DNA from: Candidatus Hydrogenedentota bacterium
GTDB lineage: Bacteria; Hydrogenedentota; Hydrogenedentia; Hydrogenedentales; JAEUWI01
Length of the DNA stretch: 64,000 nt
Assembly (NCBI GenBank): GCA_034669905.1
Contig: JAXMOL010000008.1
Coordinates: forward strand, 64,001-128,000
Direction: 5' to 3'
Each line of letters opens with the position of its first letter. The stretch's first letter is position 1. This document shows positions 17,875 to 27,936 of this stretch, piece after piece. The position numbers and the translations under genes were made by a program. The notes under the pieces were generated by a model. It was not told the origin of the DNA. It saw only the letters and a program-made list of their open reading frames with translations, and searched no databases.

Positions 17875-17996
17875 GCTCCAAGCGCACGAACTTCACCCGA
17901 CTCGTTTAGACTCGCAGGGAGAAGATCGCGCGGCACGGGGCCGTTGTTTGACGACGAGCTCACGGGCAAACCCTGGCGGGCCTGCCCGTGGCACCC
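17875..17996. repeat. 122-bp composite hairpin repeat, copy 2
   Basis: Near-identical to 16766-16887. Confidence 0.9.
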
Positions 17997-18021
17997 AATG
18001 GTGAACTGTTGAAAGACTGGG

Positions 18022-19623
18022 CTACTCTGCCACCAATTCGTTAGCGGTGTAATACCCGTCGCTGTGATCGAGTTCCATGCCGTCGTTACTGCGGACCCCT
18101 TCGGCGTGGATTTCGTGGATGTAGTATTGGCGGATGGGGTCGGTCACGAGGCGTACTTCCATGCCGTCGTCGCTGAGGGTGGCGGACTTCACGGCGTGGG
18201 GTTGGGTGTCCACTTCCGGGCTGCCGTAGTTGGCGTGGTACATGAGGGTGTAGCTGCTCATGGTGTAGGACGCCACATCGGTGGCCGTCTCCGGTTTCAC
18301 GGGCTTGGTGAAGCGGAGGGTGAAGCCATCGGATTCGAGGCGCATCTGCTGGATCTCGAAGGGCACTTCGCCATTCCAGGTGACGCGGTCCATGCCGAAG
18401 GATTTGGTGCCGTAGGAGTTCCAGCCCCGGTTGCTCTCGCCCACCAGGAGGGAGCCATCTTTGCCCCAGTCCATGCGAAGCACAGCACTTTGGAATCCGT
18501 CGAGGAAGTTGAAGCAGGCCCCCTGGTATGTGCCGTTGACCTTTTCCATGTAAACCCGGGAGATGGCGGCGGTGGTGAAATCACCGACCAGGAGTTGTCC
18601 TTTGAAGGGGCCAAGCTGCTCGTCGTTTTCGATACAAAGCACGTCGGTGGTGCTCATGCCGACTTTCTTGTAGGGAAACCAGACGGCGGGCAGGGAGAGC
18701 ATGGGGAATTGGGCTTTCGCCTCTGGAAGCGGAATACCCGAGGGCACAGTCTCGGGCTTGGCGAAGGGCGCGCCGGGCAGGGCACAGTGTTTCAGCGAAT
18801 CCACGTGGCCGTAGAAGGCCCCCTTTCGGAGCAGGTGGAGCGAACCGGCCGGTATCCAGTTACCCTGCTGGTCGGTGAAGAAGACATCCCCTTCCAGGTT
18901 GGCCCCCAGGCCGGCGGGGGAGCGCATGCCGGCGCACATGGGCTCGAAGCGGCCATCGGGGTAGACCTTGCCGCCCCAGCCGCGCCAGGCGTCCTGCTTG
19001 GGGTAATTGGCCTTGCCCATGCCGATGTTGAGGGTCACCCACAGGCCACCGTCTTTACTGGGCACGGCCCCGTAGGCGTATTCGTGGTAGTTGCCGGTGA
19101 TGCCCCAGTCGCTGTTCACCGTGCGGTAGACATCGATGATGTCATCGCCGTTGGTGTCTTCGAGATGGGTCAGTTCGGGGCGTTGCACGACATAGAGTCC
19201 GTCATCTTGCTGAAGGAGGTCGAGGGGTTCATGAAGGGCCTCGGCGATCTTCTTGAAGGTCGTGGTGGCGGGGTCGTTGTCGTAGAGGCCGTCGATGAGC
19301 CAGACTTCGCCCTTGCGCAAGGCCACGGCCACGCGGCCGTCGTCGAGGACTTCCACGGCGCTGGCTTCGAAGATTTCGCCCTCGGGGGTGGAGATTGGGT
19401 AGAGGGTGTAGGCGGGGTTTGTCTCTGCGAAGACAGCAGGCGCGATAGCCAGCATCAAGACAAGAAGGAAGCTACTGCCGCAAGACACGGAACGCAGAAC
19501 GCTTCCGAGGCTCAAGGCACCCGACCGTGCGTAGCACGATCGGGTGGCACCATTGCGACTTTGTTGCCGACCTGCGAGAATCCTTCCACATACAAGTTTT
19601 TTTGTCTGCTCCGTCTTTACCAT
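18022..19623 (-). CDS. Secreted beta-propeller protein, PVC-type glucose/sorbosone-dehydrogenase-like
   Basis: Motifs YHEYAYG, GMRSPAGLG, TDQQGNW, GPFKGQLLVGD; start overlaps stop of the cytochrome gene. Confidence 0.65.
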   Translation of the reverse strand: MVKTEQTKKLVCGRILAGRQQSRNGATRSCYARSGALSLGSVLRSVSCGSSFLLVLMLAIAPAVFAETNPAYTLYPISTPEGEIFEASAVEVLDDGRVAVALRKGEVWLIDGLYDNDPATTTFKKIAEALHEPLDLLQQDDGLYVVQRPELTHLEDTNGDDIIDVYRTVNSDWGITGNYHEYAYGAVPSKDGGLWVTLNIGMGKANYPKQDAWRGWGGKVYPDGRFEPMCAGMRSPAGLGANLEGDVFFTDQQGNWIPAGSLHLLRKGAFYGHVDSLKHCALPGAPFAKPETVPSGIPLPEAKAQFPMLSLPAVWFPYKKVGMSTTDVLCIENDEQLGPFKGQLLVGDFTTAAISRVYMEKVNGTYQGACFNFLDGFQSAVLRMDWGKDGSLLVGESNRGWNSYGTKSFGMDRVTWNGEVPFEIQQMRLESDGFTLRFTKPVKPETATDVASYTMSSYTLMYHANYGSPEVDTQPHAVKSATLSDDGMEVRLVTDPIRQYYIHEIHAEGVRSNDGMELDHSDGYYTANELVAE

Positions 19624-21944
19624 GAGATCACCTGCTCGATGCTTGTTCCTGATTCGGTTACGGTGACGGGCAGGATCCAGCCTACCTCTTCGGGACCCGC
19701 TTCCACCGGCGTATCGGTGGCGACGTTAATCGTCAATTCGCCGATGCGAAACACCGCGCCGTTTTCTTTCTCGCCCACGCCAATGCGGACCCACTGGGTT
19801 TGGGGTGGCCCGGAAAGCACCCACTTGCGCCGGAGGGATTTGCCATCCTCTGCCGGACGGAGCGACTCTTCGATTCGGAGTGCCCCCCGTTGATATTGGA
19901 ATATGGGTACGCGGGCATCGTCCAATCGGTACCCGGTAAAGCGGAGCGCGTCGGCCGTCCAGGGCCCACTGGCTTCGGGTGCCAGGGAGGCGCCCGTGGG
20001 CAGCGACACGACCGATTCGCCCAAGGGCTTCACGAAGGGCGTGAAGCGATCGGCCTGGGCGGATTCGGCGTCGATGAAGCGGCCGCGCCACACGACGGCG
20101 GGGCGCATGGTCCGGGCGTCGTAGGCGAAGTGAATGCCCTCGGGGAAGCCCACGGCGATGGCGTAAGTCCCCACGTTTTCTATAAAGGTCCGGTGGACGA
20201 TGGGGTGCGTCGTGGGTTTCAACTCATAGTCCGCACCGTCTTCCATGCCCTCGGGGAGACGAATCTCTTTCACCTCGCGCAGGTAGACCCACAGGGCCTC
20301 GATTTGCTGCTGGGCATGGCCGTTGAAGAGTTTGCTGCCCTGGCTCTTGCCGTCAATAAAAAAGGCGGGCATGCGGGTACCGGGACGAAGGGAAGCGGGG
20401 TCGAGCATGTAGCGCAGGAACCATTCCGGGTTAAGGCGATCCGGCACGAAGGCCAGGTCGACGGCGGGGATACCGAGTGACTTGGTGCCATTCAGATTGT
20501 GGCAGGTCACACAGCCGAGACCATTGGTCCCCATCAGTTCCCGTCCGTAGTGGCTGCGGTGGTGAGGTAGCAGTCCCGTCACGTCCACAGGAAGGGGGGC
20601 CGTAACTTTATCGACGTCGTGGAGTGCCGACACCAGGGGCAACACGTTGTCTTCCCCGAAATGGGGCATACGGGTGGCCATATAAGGACGTACCCGTCCG
20701 TCGTCCGTGAGGATGGCTTCGAGCCAGGCGGGGGTCAGCTTGCTTCCCACACCGGTGAGGGTCGGGGGCAGTCGGCCTTCGTCGCCCAGGTCGAGGGCTT
20801 CGGTCTCCGTAAAGTAGGGGGCCCGGCCGGCTTCCGGTCCGCCGAGACCATTGCGATCATGGCAGGCGTAGCAATTGAGGGCCAGGACCGTGTGGTTTAT
20901 CCGGTCTGCCGCGGTGGGGGCATCCGTGGCTGGCGCTTCCGAAAACAGTGCCCGCAGGGCCGCCCGCTGATTTTCCGAAAGGGCAAACCAGGGCTGTTTT
21001 CCTGTCGCTTCGGGCGCGATGCAGCCCCCTGCTTCCAGACTTTCCGACGTGAGGGCCGAAGCCGCGAGGACTGAGTTTGTGCCGTCGATTTCGTGGCACG
21101 CCGCGCAACCCACGGTTTGGAACAGGGCCCGCCCGGCTTCCGCCTTGGCCGGGTCATAGGAAACTTCTGACGGTGGGGGCGTTGCTTCGTTGCGATAGAC
21201 CAACCAGGCCGCGATAGCCGCCGCTTCCTCTTCTGCCAACTGCAGGTCGGGCATGCGCCCACCGGGCCGCACATGGAGGGGATCGGCGAGAAACGCTGCG
21301 AGTGCCGCAGCGGAGGTCTTTTGCGCGAAATCGGGGAAGGGTACGGAAGGCACTTCACGTTCCGGCGCCTCCACAACAGTGTCAGCCTCCCAGAAGGGGT
21401 CATCGGAGTGGCCCGTGTTGGGGGCCTTGGTGGGCTCATGGCAGGCCACACAGCCAACGGAATGAAACAGCGCTTCACCCCGGGCCAACCGCGTGGCGTC
21501 CGGTTTGGCGCTGTCGGAGGCAAAGCTTCCGCCGAGACTGAGGAGGAAATGGGCCAGGACGTCGCTTGCGGTGGCCACGTCTTCCGGCGACTTCCCCGCG
21601 AAGAGGGCGGGCATGGTCGTGCCAGGCTTCACCGCGTGGGGTGCCGCGATAAAGGCCCGGAGGTAGTCAAAGCGTACCCGTTCCCCCACGCCTTCCAGCT
21701 TGGGTGCGATGCGTTTGGGAAAGGCCGACTGCTGCGCGGTGGCCAGGCCGTGGCAGGCGCTGCAGCTCAGTTCGTTGTAGAGCAACAGGCCGGACGACAC
21801 CCCCGTGTTGGCTTCCGAGCCGAAACGCTCAAAGCCGACCACCAAGGGTTCGGCGGTCGCAGGCAGGGCGACGGGCACGAGGCTCGCACCGAGAATTAGG
21901 GCAGCGCTGATTAATCGGGCTTGCAATGGATTCATCTCCCGCAT
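19617..21944 (-). CDS. Multiheme c-type cytochrome (5 CxxCH)
   Basis: CSACH, CVACH, CAACH, CYACH, CVTCH with downstream MP axial-ligand motifs; signal peptide; start approximate. Confidence 0.85.
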   Translation of the reverse strand: MREMNPLQARLISAALILGASLVPVALPATAEPLVVGFERFGSEANTGVSSGLLLYNELSCSACHGLATAQQSAFPKRIAPKLEGVGERVRFDYLRAFIAAPHAVKPGTTMPALFAGKSPEDVATASDVLAHFLLSLGGSFASDSAKPDATRLARGEALFHSVGCVACHEPTKAPNTGHSDDPFWEADTVVEAPEREVPSVPFPDFAQKTSAAALAAFLADPLHVRPGGRMPDLQLAEEEAAAIAAWLVYRNEATPPPSEVSYDPAKAEAGRALFQTVGCAACHEIDGTNSVLAASALTSESLEAGGCIAPEATGKQPWFALSENQRAALRALFSEAPATDAPTAADRINHTVLALNCYACHDRNGLGGPEAGRAPYFTETEALDLGDEGRLPPTLTGVGSKLTPAWLEAILTDDGRVRPYMATRMPHFGEDNVLPLVSALHDVDKVTAPLPVDVTGLLPHHRSHYGRELMGTNGLGCVTCHNLNGTKSLGIPAVDLAFVPDRLNPEWFLRYMLDPASLRPGTRMPAFFIDGKSQGSKLFNGHAQQQIEALWVYLREVKEIRLPEGMEDGADYELKPTTHPIVHRTFIENVGTYAIAVGFPEGIHFAYDARTMRPAVVWRGRFIDAESAQADRFTPFVKPLGESVVSLPTGASLAPEASGPWTADALRFTGYRLDDARVPIFQYQRGALRIEESLRPAEDGKSLRRKWVLSGPPQTQWVRIGVGEKENGAVFRIGELTINVATDTPVEAGPEEVGWILPVTVTESGTSIEQVISW

Positions 21945-22212
21945 GATTGCGTAAGTTTCTGGTCTATTCCACTCGTATGCATCGACCACATGTCCGGACG
22001 AACGGAACAACGGACATCACAGCGACGAAGGCGCGCGATGTGCACTACGTTCGGTCATTGCCTGTGTCATGTGTTCGGACGCCCGACTCCAAGGCGCACC
22101 GCGGAAAACGTATTCCGTGCTCCATGCACACGAAATCTCGTAGCACTCGATATCGCGTGGCACAGGAGTTTCGACGCTTCAACCCGGTCATAACTCAAGC
22201 CAGGACGTTCCG

Positions 22213-22779
22213 TTACTTTCCGTCGCGGGCGGCAATGAGGGCGTCGATCCAGGGGCGGAGGTATTTTCCGTTGTCGTGGAAGGTCCGTCCACTGAAGAGA
22301 TTGCCATCCACCACGGAAGGCGCATCCACGAAGGTACCACCGCACACTTCAAGATCAAATTTGCACTTGGGCACGGTAGCCATCCTGCGTCCGCGCACAC
22401 AATCTGCGTAGGCGGGAATCTCGACCCCGTGGCATACGCTGGCGATGGGCTTGTTCTCGGCGAAAAAGTGTTTCGTCACGCGGACGAGGTCTTCGTCATA
22501 GCGGATGTATTCGGGGGCACGACCACCGGAGAAGAAGATACCGGCGTACTCTTCGGGCTTGATGTCCTTGAAGGCAATGTCCGCCTGCAGGGTATAGCCC
22601 TCCCATTCCTTCGTGATGGTCCAGCCGGGTTTCACTTCGTGCATGACCATCTGGTAGCGGTGTACCTCGGGCCCGGCGACGACGGGTTCAAAGCCGTCTT
22701 CCTGCAATCGGTAATAGGGGTAAAGGGTATCGAGTGTTTCGGACGCGTCGCCGATGATGATAAGTACCTTGTTCGACAT
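22213..22779 (-). CDS. DJ-1/PfpI family protein
   Basis: SGGRAPEYIR, ASVCHG catalytic Cys-His, VVDGNL. Confidence 0.9.
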   Translation of the reverse strand: MSNKVLIIIGDASETLDTLYPYYRLQEDGFEPVVAGPEVHRYQMVMHEVKPGWTITKEWEGYTLQADIAFKDIKPEEYAGIFFSGGRAPEYIRYDEDLVRVTKHFFAENKPIASVCHGVEIPAYADCVRGRRMATVPKCKFDLEVCGGTFVDAPSVVDGNLFSGRTFHDNGKYLRPWIDALIAARDGK

Positions 22780-22826
22780 GTGAATTCTCCATTCGGTCAT
22801 TTCGCCACGAGGGCGTAGCAAGTCAT

Positions 22827-23180
22827 TTATGGGTTGGCTGGTGTTTCCGGTTCTTCTGTAGCGGGCGATGCTTCCGGTTTCGGCAATGGCTTCGTCGTTT
22901 CATTTGTGGGTTCAGGGGCCGGGTCTTCCATCTCAGCGGCCCGGCGCTCGGCCTTTCCCTGTAGCCGTTGCTCCCGCCAGCGTGCGGGCAGGTCGAAATA
23001 CGCGAGAACCTTGATGACGCAGAGGGCGATGATCATGATGGTGCCGATGATGGTCACGGGCCCACCAATCCCCAGACTCCAAAGCTTCTCCACGAGAAGG
23101 CCCGCAGCAATCTGGCTCATGATCACGAGGATCATGAGCCAGAAGTGTATGTCGATGCGTTGCTTCATGCCCACCTTCAC
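22827..23180 (-). CDS. Small two-TM hypothetical membrane protein
   Basis: Two hydrophobic helices and a Pro/Glu-rich tail; fills the gap in a minus-strand operon. Confidence 0.55.
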   Translation of the reverse strand: MKVGMKQRIDIHFWLMILVIMSQIAAGLLVEKLWSLGIGGPVTIIGTIMIIALCVIKVLAYFDLPARWREQRLQGKAERRAAEMEDPAPEPTNETTKPLPKPEASPATEEPETPANP

Positions 23181-23193
23181 ACTATGGTGCGGC

Positions 23194-24114
23194 TTACTTC
23201 AACCGCTTCAGGCAATCTTCCAGATACTCCTTCGACCGATTCAGGGCCGAGGTCGACTCGGGAATCGTCGGCATGATGGGAATACCACGGGGCGTTGGAT
23301 GCATGAAGACCGAAGTCCACCCGGCATAATTGATATCCTTGAGCCCCTGCAGGAGCGGCACAAAATCGAGTTGTCCGAAGCCGGGCAGCTGCTGCATTTC
23401 CCGGGCACGGGGCATAACGCCCACACTGCCGAAGCCGTGCTCCCAGGCATAGAAGTGACAAAGCTTTGGTCCGATATCACGGATCAGCTGTCCCTGTAAT
23501 TCTGCGTCCTGGGGAAGGTGATAGGGCGCGAAGGCAATGCCCAAACCCGGGCTCGTCGCCAGTTCGGCGAAGTAACGCAGGGAGTCGGGCTCATTAATCA
23601 AGGCGTTGCCGTGATTCTCAATGCCGAGAATAACCCCGGCCTCTTCGGCGGCGGCAGCCATGGGCTTAAGCTTTTCGACGAAGTCCTTTACGGCCCCCTT
23701 CAGGGCGGCGGCGTCTCCCTTGAATCCCGTGCTGCCCGCAATGACAATGCGCGCACCATGGCGACCGGCCAGGGCCAGCTCGTCTTGCAGCTTGAAGGGC
23801 CCGAGATCATATCGGGTCGTCATGCCCAGCTTTACGTTGTGCTCCGCCAGGAGGGCCATGAAGGCTTCTTCCCCCATGGTGTCGAGCTCTTCCCGCTGAC
23901 TACCGTGATTCTTGGGCCAGATGTCGATATGGGTCGCGCCCACCTTGGCCACTTCCGGCAGGATATCCTTAATGGGCAATTGGCCATAGAGACTCGATGC
24001 CAGGATATAGTCCAGCTTAAAACCTGCTGCGGCTTCGGCGGCCCCAAAGGGCAGGGTTGCCGCAGCGGCCGTTGCGGCCGAGTACTTCAGAAAATCACGG
24101 CGTGTAGAAGCCAT
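23194..24114 (-). CDS. Tat-exported sugar phosphate isomerase/epimerase (TIM barrel)
   Basis: TRRDFLK Tat motif; GIENHG; LPGFGQLDF...INYAG. Confidence 0.8.
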   Translation of the reverse strand: MASTRRDFLKYSAATAAAATLPFGAAEAAAGFKLDYILASSLYGQLPIKDILPEVAKVGATHIDIWPKNHGSQREELDTMGEEAFMALLAEHNVKLGMTTRYDLGPFKLQDELALAGRHGARIVIAGSTGFKGDAAALKGAVKDFVEKLKPMAAAAEEAGVILGIENHGNALINEPDSLRYFAELATSPGLGIAFAPYHLPQDAELQGQLIRDIGPKLCHFYAWEHGFGSVGVMPRAREMQQLPGFGQLDFVPLLQGLKDINYAGWTSVFMHPTPRGIPIMPTIPESTSALNRSKEYLEDCLKRLK

Positions 24115-24129
24115 GGAATACCTCCTTGC

Positions 24130-25032
24130 TTACGCTTTGACTTTCATCTGGCCGTTCTTGACCATCTGGGCGAAAAGTTCACGTTGCTCAATCATGGCCT
24201 GGATGCCATCTTTGACCTTGGTGCGGCATTCCAGCAGAATCCAACCGTCGTAATCCATGGCCACGAAGTTGTCCATGAGCTGCTGATAGGGATAGTCCCC
24301 TACATTGAGCTCACGAATGTGGGCCGTGGCGCCGAAGCGATCTTTTACCAGATTGAAATTGTAATCGAGGCCCTCGCCGTTCAGGTCCTGGTCATTGGAA
24401 TTCCAGCACATGGCCACGTTGGGATTGTCGGCGATATCGAAGATGGCTTTCATGGTGGGCAGTTCGCAGCAGGAACCGTGGACTTCGACGCGAATCTGCT
24501 GTCCGTGATCGCCGGCGAACTTACCAACCTCATTGAGGGACTTGCCGATTTGTTCGATGGTCTTCTGACGGTCGACGCCTTCGTGGAAGCTGTTGGGCTT
24601 GACCTTTACGCCGGTGGCACCGATATCGTGGCTGAGCAGGATAAACTCTTTGGTGCCTTCGATGTTGGCCTTGAGTACGGCGGGGTCCGGATCATCGTAG
24701 TCCTGGTTGGTGCCGGGTCCGAGACAGGTAACGGGGCTATCGGCAAACTTCTTCTTTACTTCTTCCCGTTCGGCCTTGGAAATGGTGGGCTGTACGCCGT
24801 GGGCGTGTTCGGTGCGCAATTCCACACCGAGCACTTCGCTGGCGCTACAATTCTTGATGATGGTATCGAGGTCCCAGTGCTGGCCCCAGAGATAGGTCAC
24901 CAGGCCGAGCTTCATGTTGGCGCCGGGCAAAGCCTTTGCCTGGGCCGCCAGGGGGAAAAGCCCCCCACCGACCATGGCCGCAGCCGCCGCACCACTTGCC
25001 TGCACAAATTGACGTCGAGAAATAGATTTCAT
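24130..25032 (-). CDS. Tat-exported sugar phosphate isomerase/epimerase (TIM barrel)
   Basis: Start ATG 25032, SRRQFVQ Tat motif; VEVHG; YDGWILLE. Confidence 0.8.
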   Translation of the reverse strand: MKSISRRQFVQASGAAAAAMVGGGLFPLAAQAKALPGANMKLGLVTYLWGQHWDLDTIIKNCSASEVLGVELRTEHAHGVQPTISKAEREEVKKKFADSPVTCLGPGTNQDYDDPDPAVLKANIEGTKEFILLSHDIGATGVKVKPNSFHEGVDRQKTIEQIGKSLNEVGKFAGDHGQQIRVEVHGSCCELPTMKAIFDIADNPNVAMCWNSNDQDLNGEGLDYNFNLVKDRFGATAHIRELNVGDYPYQQLMDNFVAMDYDGWILLECRTKVKDGIQAMIEQRELFAQMVKNGQMKVKA

Positions 25033-25184
25033 AAAGGCATACTCCCTGCCGGTTAAGCGATTGTGTTTATCAGTGCGGTGGCCTCGTTGTAGCGGCGCAA
25101 CCACGAAAGTGAGGATAGGCAATTTCCCTCGGAAAGATCCACCTTTCCCCACAATCAGGAGCGACACAACCCGATCCGGGGGCG

Positions 25185-26246
25185 TCAGGGTTGGCCAAAG
25201 AGACGCTTCGATTGGGTCATTTCTACGTCGGGCATGGACTCAAAGAGGGCGGGCGCGTATTGGATATCAATGGGCCCTTCACGCTCGCCGCGGTGCCAGG
25301 CCGCCAGCAGTTCGAGACCTTCAGCGGCGGCTTCCCGCACGGGCAACCAGAGATGGGCGCTGGCCTCCGGCAAGACGGCGACGTCGTTGCTATAGGTCCA
25401 GACGACTGTCTCGAAATCTTTTTTTATCTCCCGCCCTGCCCGTCGGGCGCCTTCCCGGATACTCCAGGCGTCTTCTGTGGCGCTGCAATCGATCAGGCCG
25501 GTCACCTTACCATCGACGAGCAATCGATGGACGATCAGGGCATTGTCCTTGGCTTTGAAATTCACCGACTGAATCAGCCGTTCGTCGGGGGTCAAACCTG
25601 CTTCTTCCAGCGCCCTGAGATAACCCCGTTCCCGGTCGATACCCGGCTGGGCATTGGCAAAGGCACGGACCATGGCGATGGACCGATGGCCGCGGTCAAT
25701 CAGGTACTTGGTACTGAGATAAGCACCGCGCTCGTAGTCTGCGGTGGCACTGCTACATTCTGGAAAGGAGTCCAACCGGCCCAGACTCAAATAGGGAATG
25801 CCGAAGCGATGGATACGGGGGATGGTGGTATCCCCGGGTGAGAGGGGATTCAGGAGCACACAGGCGGAAAAGAGGCTCTCCCATATGCTCCGTCCGTAGT
25901 CGGTGCCATTGCCCGGTGCGCAGGGGCTCATGTCGAAGCAGATGCGCTCCCCCCTGGACCCGAAAACCCGGTGCATCTCCCCGAAGAGCCACTGAATGAA
26001 AGGATGGCTCAGGGGGATGTCATCGGTCGTGGATGAACGAACCACGCCAATACACCCCGGTCTTCCCCCACGGAGCGCCCGGGCTCCGACATTGGGAAAG
26101 TAGCCAAGTTCATCGATGATACCCCGAATCCGTTCCCGGGTCGCGTCCCCCACCCCGGTCTTCCCATTGATAACCCGGCTGACCGTATTGGCAGAGACCT
26201 TGGCCCGCAGGGCCACGTCGTAGATAGTCGGTCGCTTTTTATCCAT
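25185..26246 (-). CDS. LacI-family transcriptional regulator
   Basis: PTIYDVALRAKVSANTVSRVING HTH, hinge YFPNVGARAL, GHRSIA. Confidence 0.92.
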   Translation of the reverse strand: MDKKRPTIYDVALRAKVSANTVSRVINGKTGVGDATRERIRGIIDELGYFPNVGARALRGGRPGCIGVVRSSTTDDIPLSHPFIQWLFGEMHRVFGSRGERICFDMSPCAPGNGTDYGRSIWESLFSACVLLNPLSPGDTTIPRIHRFGIPYLSLGRLDSFPECSSATADYERGAYLSTKYLIDRGHRSIAMVRAFANAQPGIDRERGYLRALEEAGLTPDERLIQSVNFKAKDNALIVHRLLVDGKVTGLIDCSATEDAWSIREGARRAGREIKKDFETVVWTYSNDVAVLPEASAHLWLPVREAAAEGLELLAAWHRGEREGPIDIQYAPALFESMPDVEMTQSKRLFGQP

Positions 26247-26293
26247 GGTATCGCTTTCACGTGGTGGAATTCTTCCCCCTATGACTGGCACCG

Positions 26294-26313
26294 TAACATT
26301 ATCGATAACGTTA
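26294..26313. promoter_or_regulatory. Candidate LacI-type operator
   Basis: TAACATTATCGATAACGTTA, 18/20 palindromic with central CG, about 48 bp upstream of the LacI start. Confidence 0.6.
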
Positions 26314-26630
26314 AATCAAGTATACTCCGTCGGAGCACAACCCTTCCCTGTAACAGCATACCCTCTATCATTCTATTGCCCCTTATTTACGGTCCTATTG
26401 CTCAAACCTTATTCACGCTTTCTGAACACTGTCAGAAATACCGATTCAAAACTATTGACGGTTTACCCCATACCTGCTACCATTTTGAGTTATCAATCAC
26501 TTTCCAGGTGCTTATGGTGTGATTTGACCCGTGGGGCATGGAGGACTCCCATCGCGTCTCAGCAGTACCCGTAGAAGACCCATCCTGCTTTATCTGGTAT
26601 TTTTGCTAATTCCAACGTGGAGAAAACCCA

Positions 26631-27653
26631 ATGAAACGAACTGGCTTTACCCTGATTGAACTGCTCGTGGTGATTGCGATTATTGGTATTCTGGCGGCCA
26701 TCCTCTTACCCGCACTCGCCCGCGCCCGTGAGGCCGCACGCCGGGCCAGTTGTCAGAATAACCTGAAGCAACTCGGCCTGGTGGCGAAGATGTACTCCAA
26801 TGAGAGCCAGGGCAACCTCTATCCCAATCCCCAGGGCAACGAGTTTGGCGGGCTGGACTGTGGGACCGGGGGATCAAACGATAGCTTCACCTTCGACAGC
26901 CCCTACTCTGCGGCGGCCTTTTTCATGCGCATGAGTGAAATCTATCCAGAATACCTGACGGATCAGCAAGTCATCTATTGCCCGTCCGACCAGGAAGCGA
27001 ATGTATTAAACAATCCGGCGACCGGCGAGCCGTGGGCCCACCTGCCCTGCTCCGACAATGACTATGGTGTCGGCAAGTCGGATATTAGCTATGCCTACAC
27101 CGCGTGGGTCTATGACGATATCGACGAAGAGATTATGTCCGTAAGTTTCCTCAACCCGGATATCCCCGCGGATTGGCTGGCGGCCCCTCAGGTTGTGGGT
27201 TATCTGGTCGTATTGCTGGTGGCGGCACCGGCCCGCAATGTCACCGAAGCGGGCGGCGATCCGGAAACCGCGGTACGCATTCAGTTTGAACACACGCAGG
27301 AAGACATTGACTTTGGAGACTACATTCCCTATGACTCCACGGGTGGCATCAACGCGGCTATCACGGCCAACGGTGGTCCCATCGGGAACGGCGGCAGCAA
27401 CACGATGTATCGCCTGCGTGAAGGGATTGAGCGCTTTCTGATCACGGATATCAACAATCCGGCCGGATCGGCCGCCGCGCAGAGCGAGGTACCTATTCTG
27501 TATGACCAGCTCAGTGGCTCGACCATTGCGTATTACAACCACATCCCCGGTGGCAGCAATGTCTTGTTTATGGATGGGCACGTCGAATTCCAGAAACAGG
27601 GTTCGGGTGGCGTGACCTCCCGTGGATTCGCGGCGGCAGCTTCGATTCCCTGA
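26631..27653 (+). CDS. DUF1559 prepilin-type protein with H-X9-DG C-terminal motif
   Basis: [14 protein letters not shown]...[33 protein letters not shown]. Confidence 0.92.
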   Translation: MKRTGFTLIELLVVIAIIGILAAILLPALARAREAARRASCQNNLKQLGLVAKMYSNESQGNLYPNPQGNEFGGLDCGTGGSNDSFTFDSPYSAAAFFMRMSEIYPEYLTDQQVIYCPSDQEANVLNNPATGEPWAHLPCSDNDYGVGKSDISYAYTAWVYDDIDEEIMSVSFLNPDIPADWLAAPQVVGYLVVLLVAAPARNVTEAGGDPETAVRIQFEHTQEDIDFGDYIPYDSTGGINAAITANGGPIGNGGSNTMYRLREGIERFLITDINNPAGSAAAQSEVPILYDQLSGSTIAYYNHIPGGSNVLFMDGHVEFQKQGSGGVTSRGFAAAASIP

Positions 27654-27936
27654 CCCCTCTTTCGCATCAGCCCCCCCGCGCGCCCCGGAGTTTTCGCACC
27701 CTCCGGGGCGCGCCCCTTTTGATGCGTGCCATTGATTCCGGAATCGAGAGAGAACTCCCTGACCTGGATCGGGGCAAAACACGGCATTTCGCGGGATACG
27801 CGGGGTTGGCAGTCCAGCACGCTTTGCGTTATGCTAGGAAACGAAGTACTTCTGAAAGAAACCACAAACTCGGGGCGATGGGGCGCTTCACGCCCCGACC
27901 GACCCCTTCCGCCTGGCGGGAAATTGGGTGTAGTAC

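Noticed and set aside
15923..17996. Classical integron cassettes
   Set aside because: No convincing RYYYAAC...GTTRRRY attC structure after the stops, and no integrase in the window
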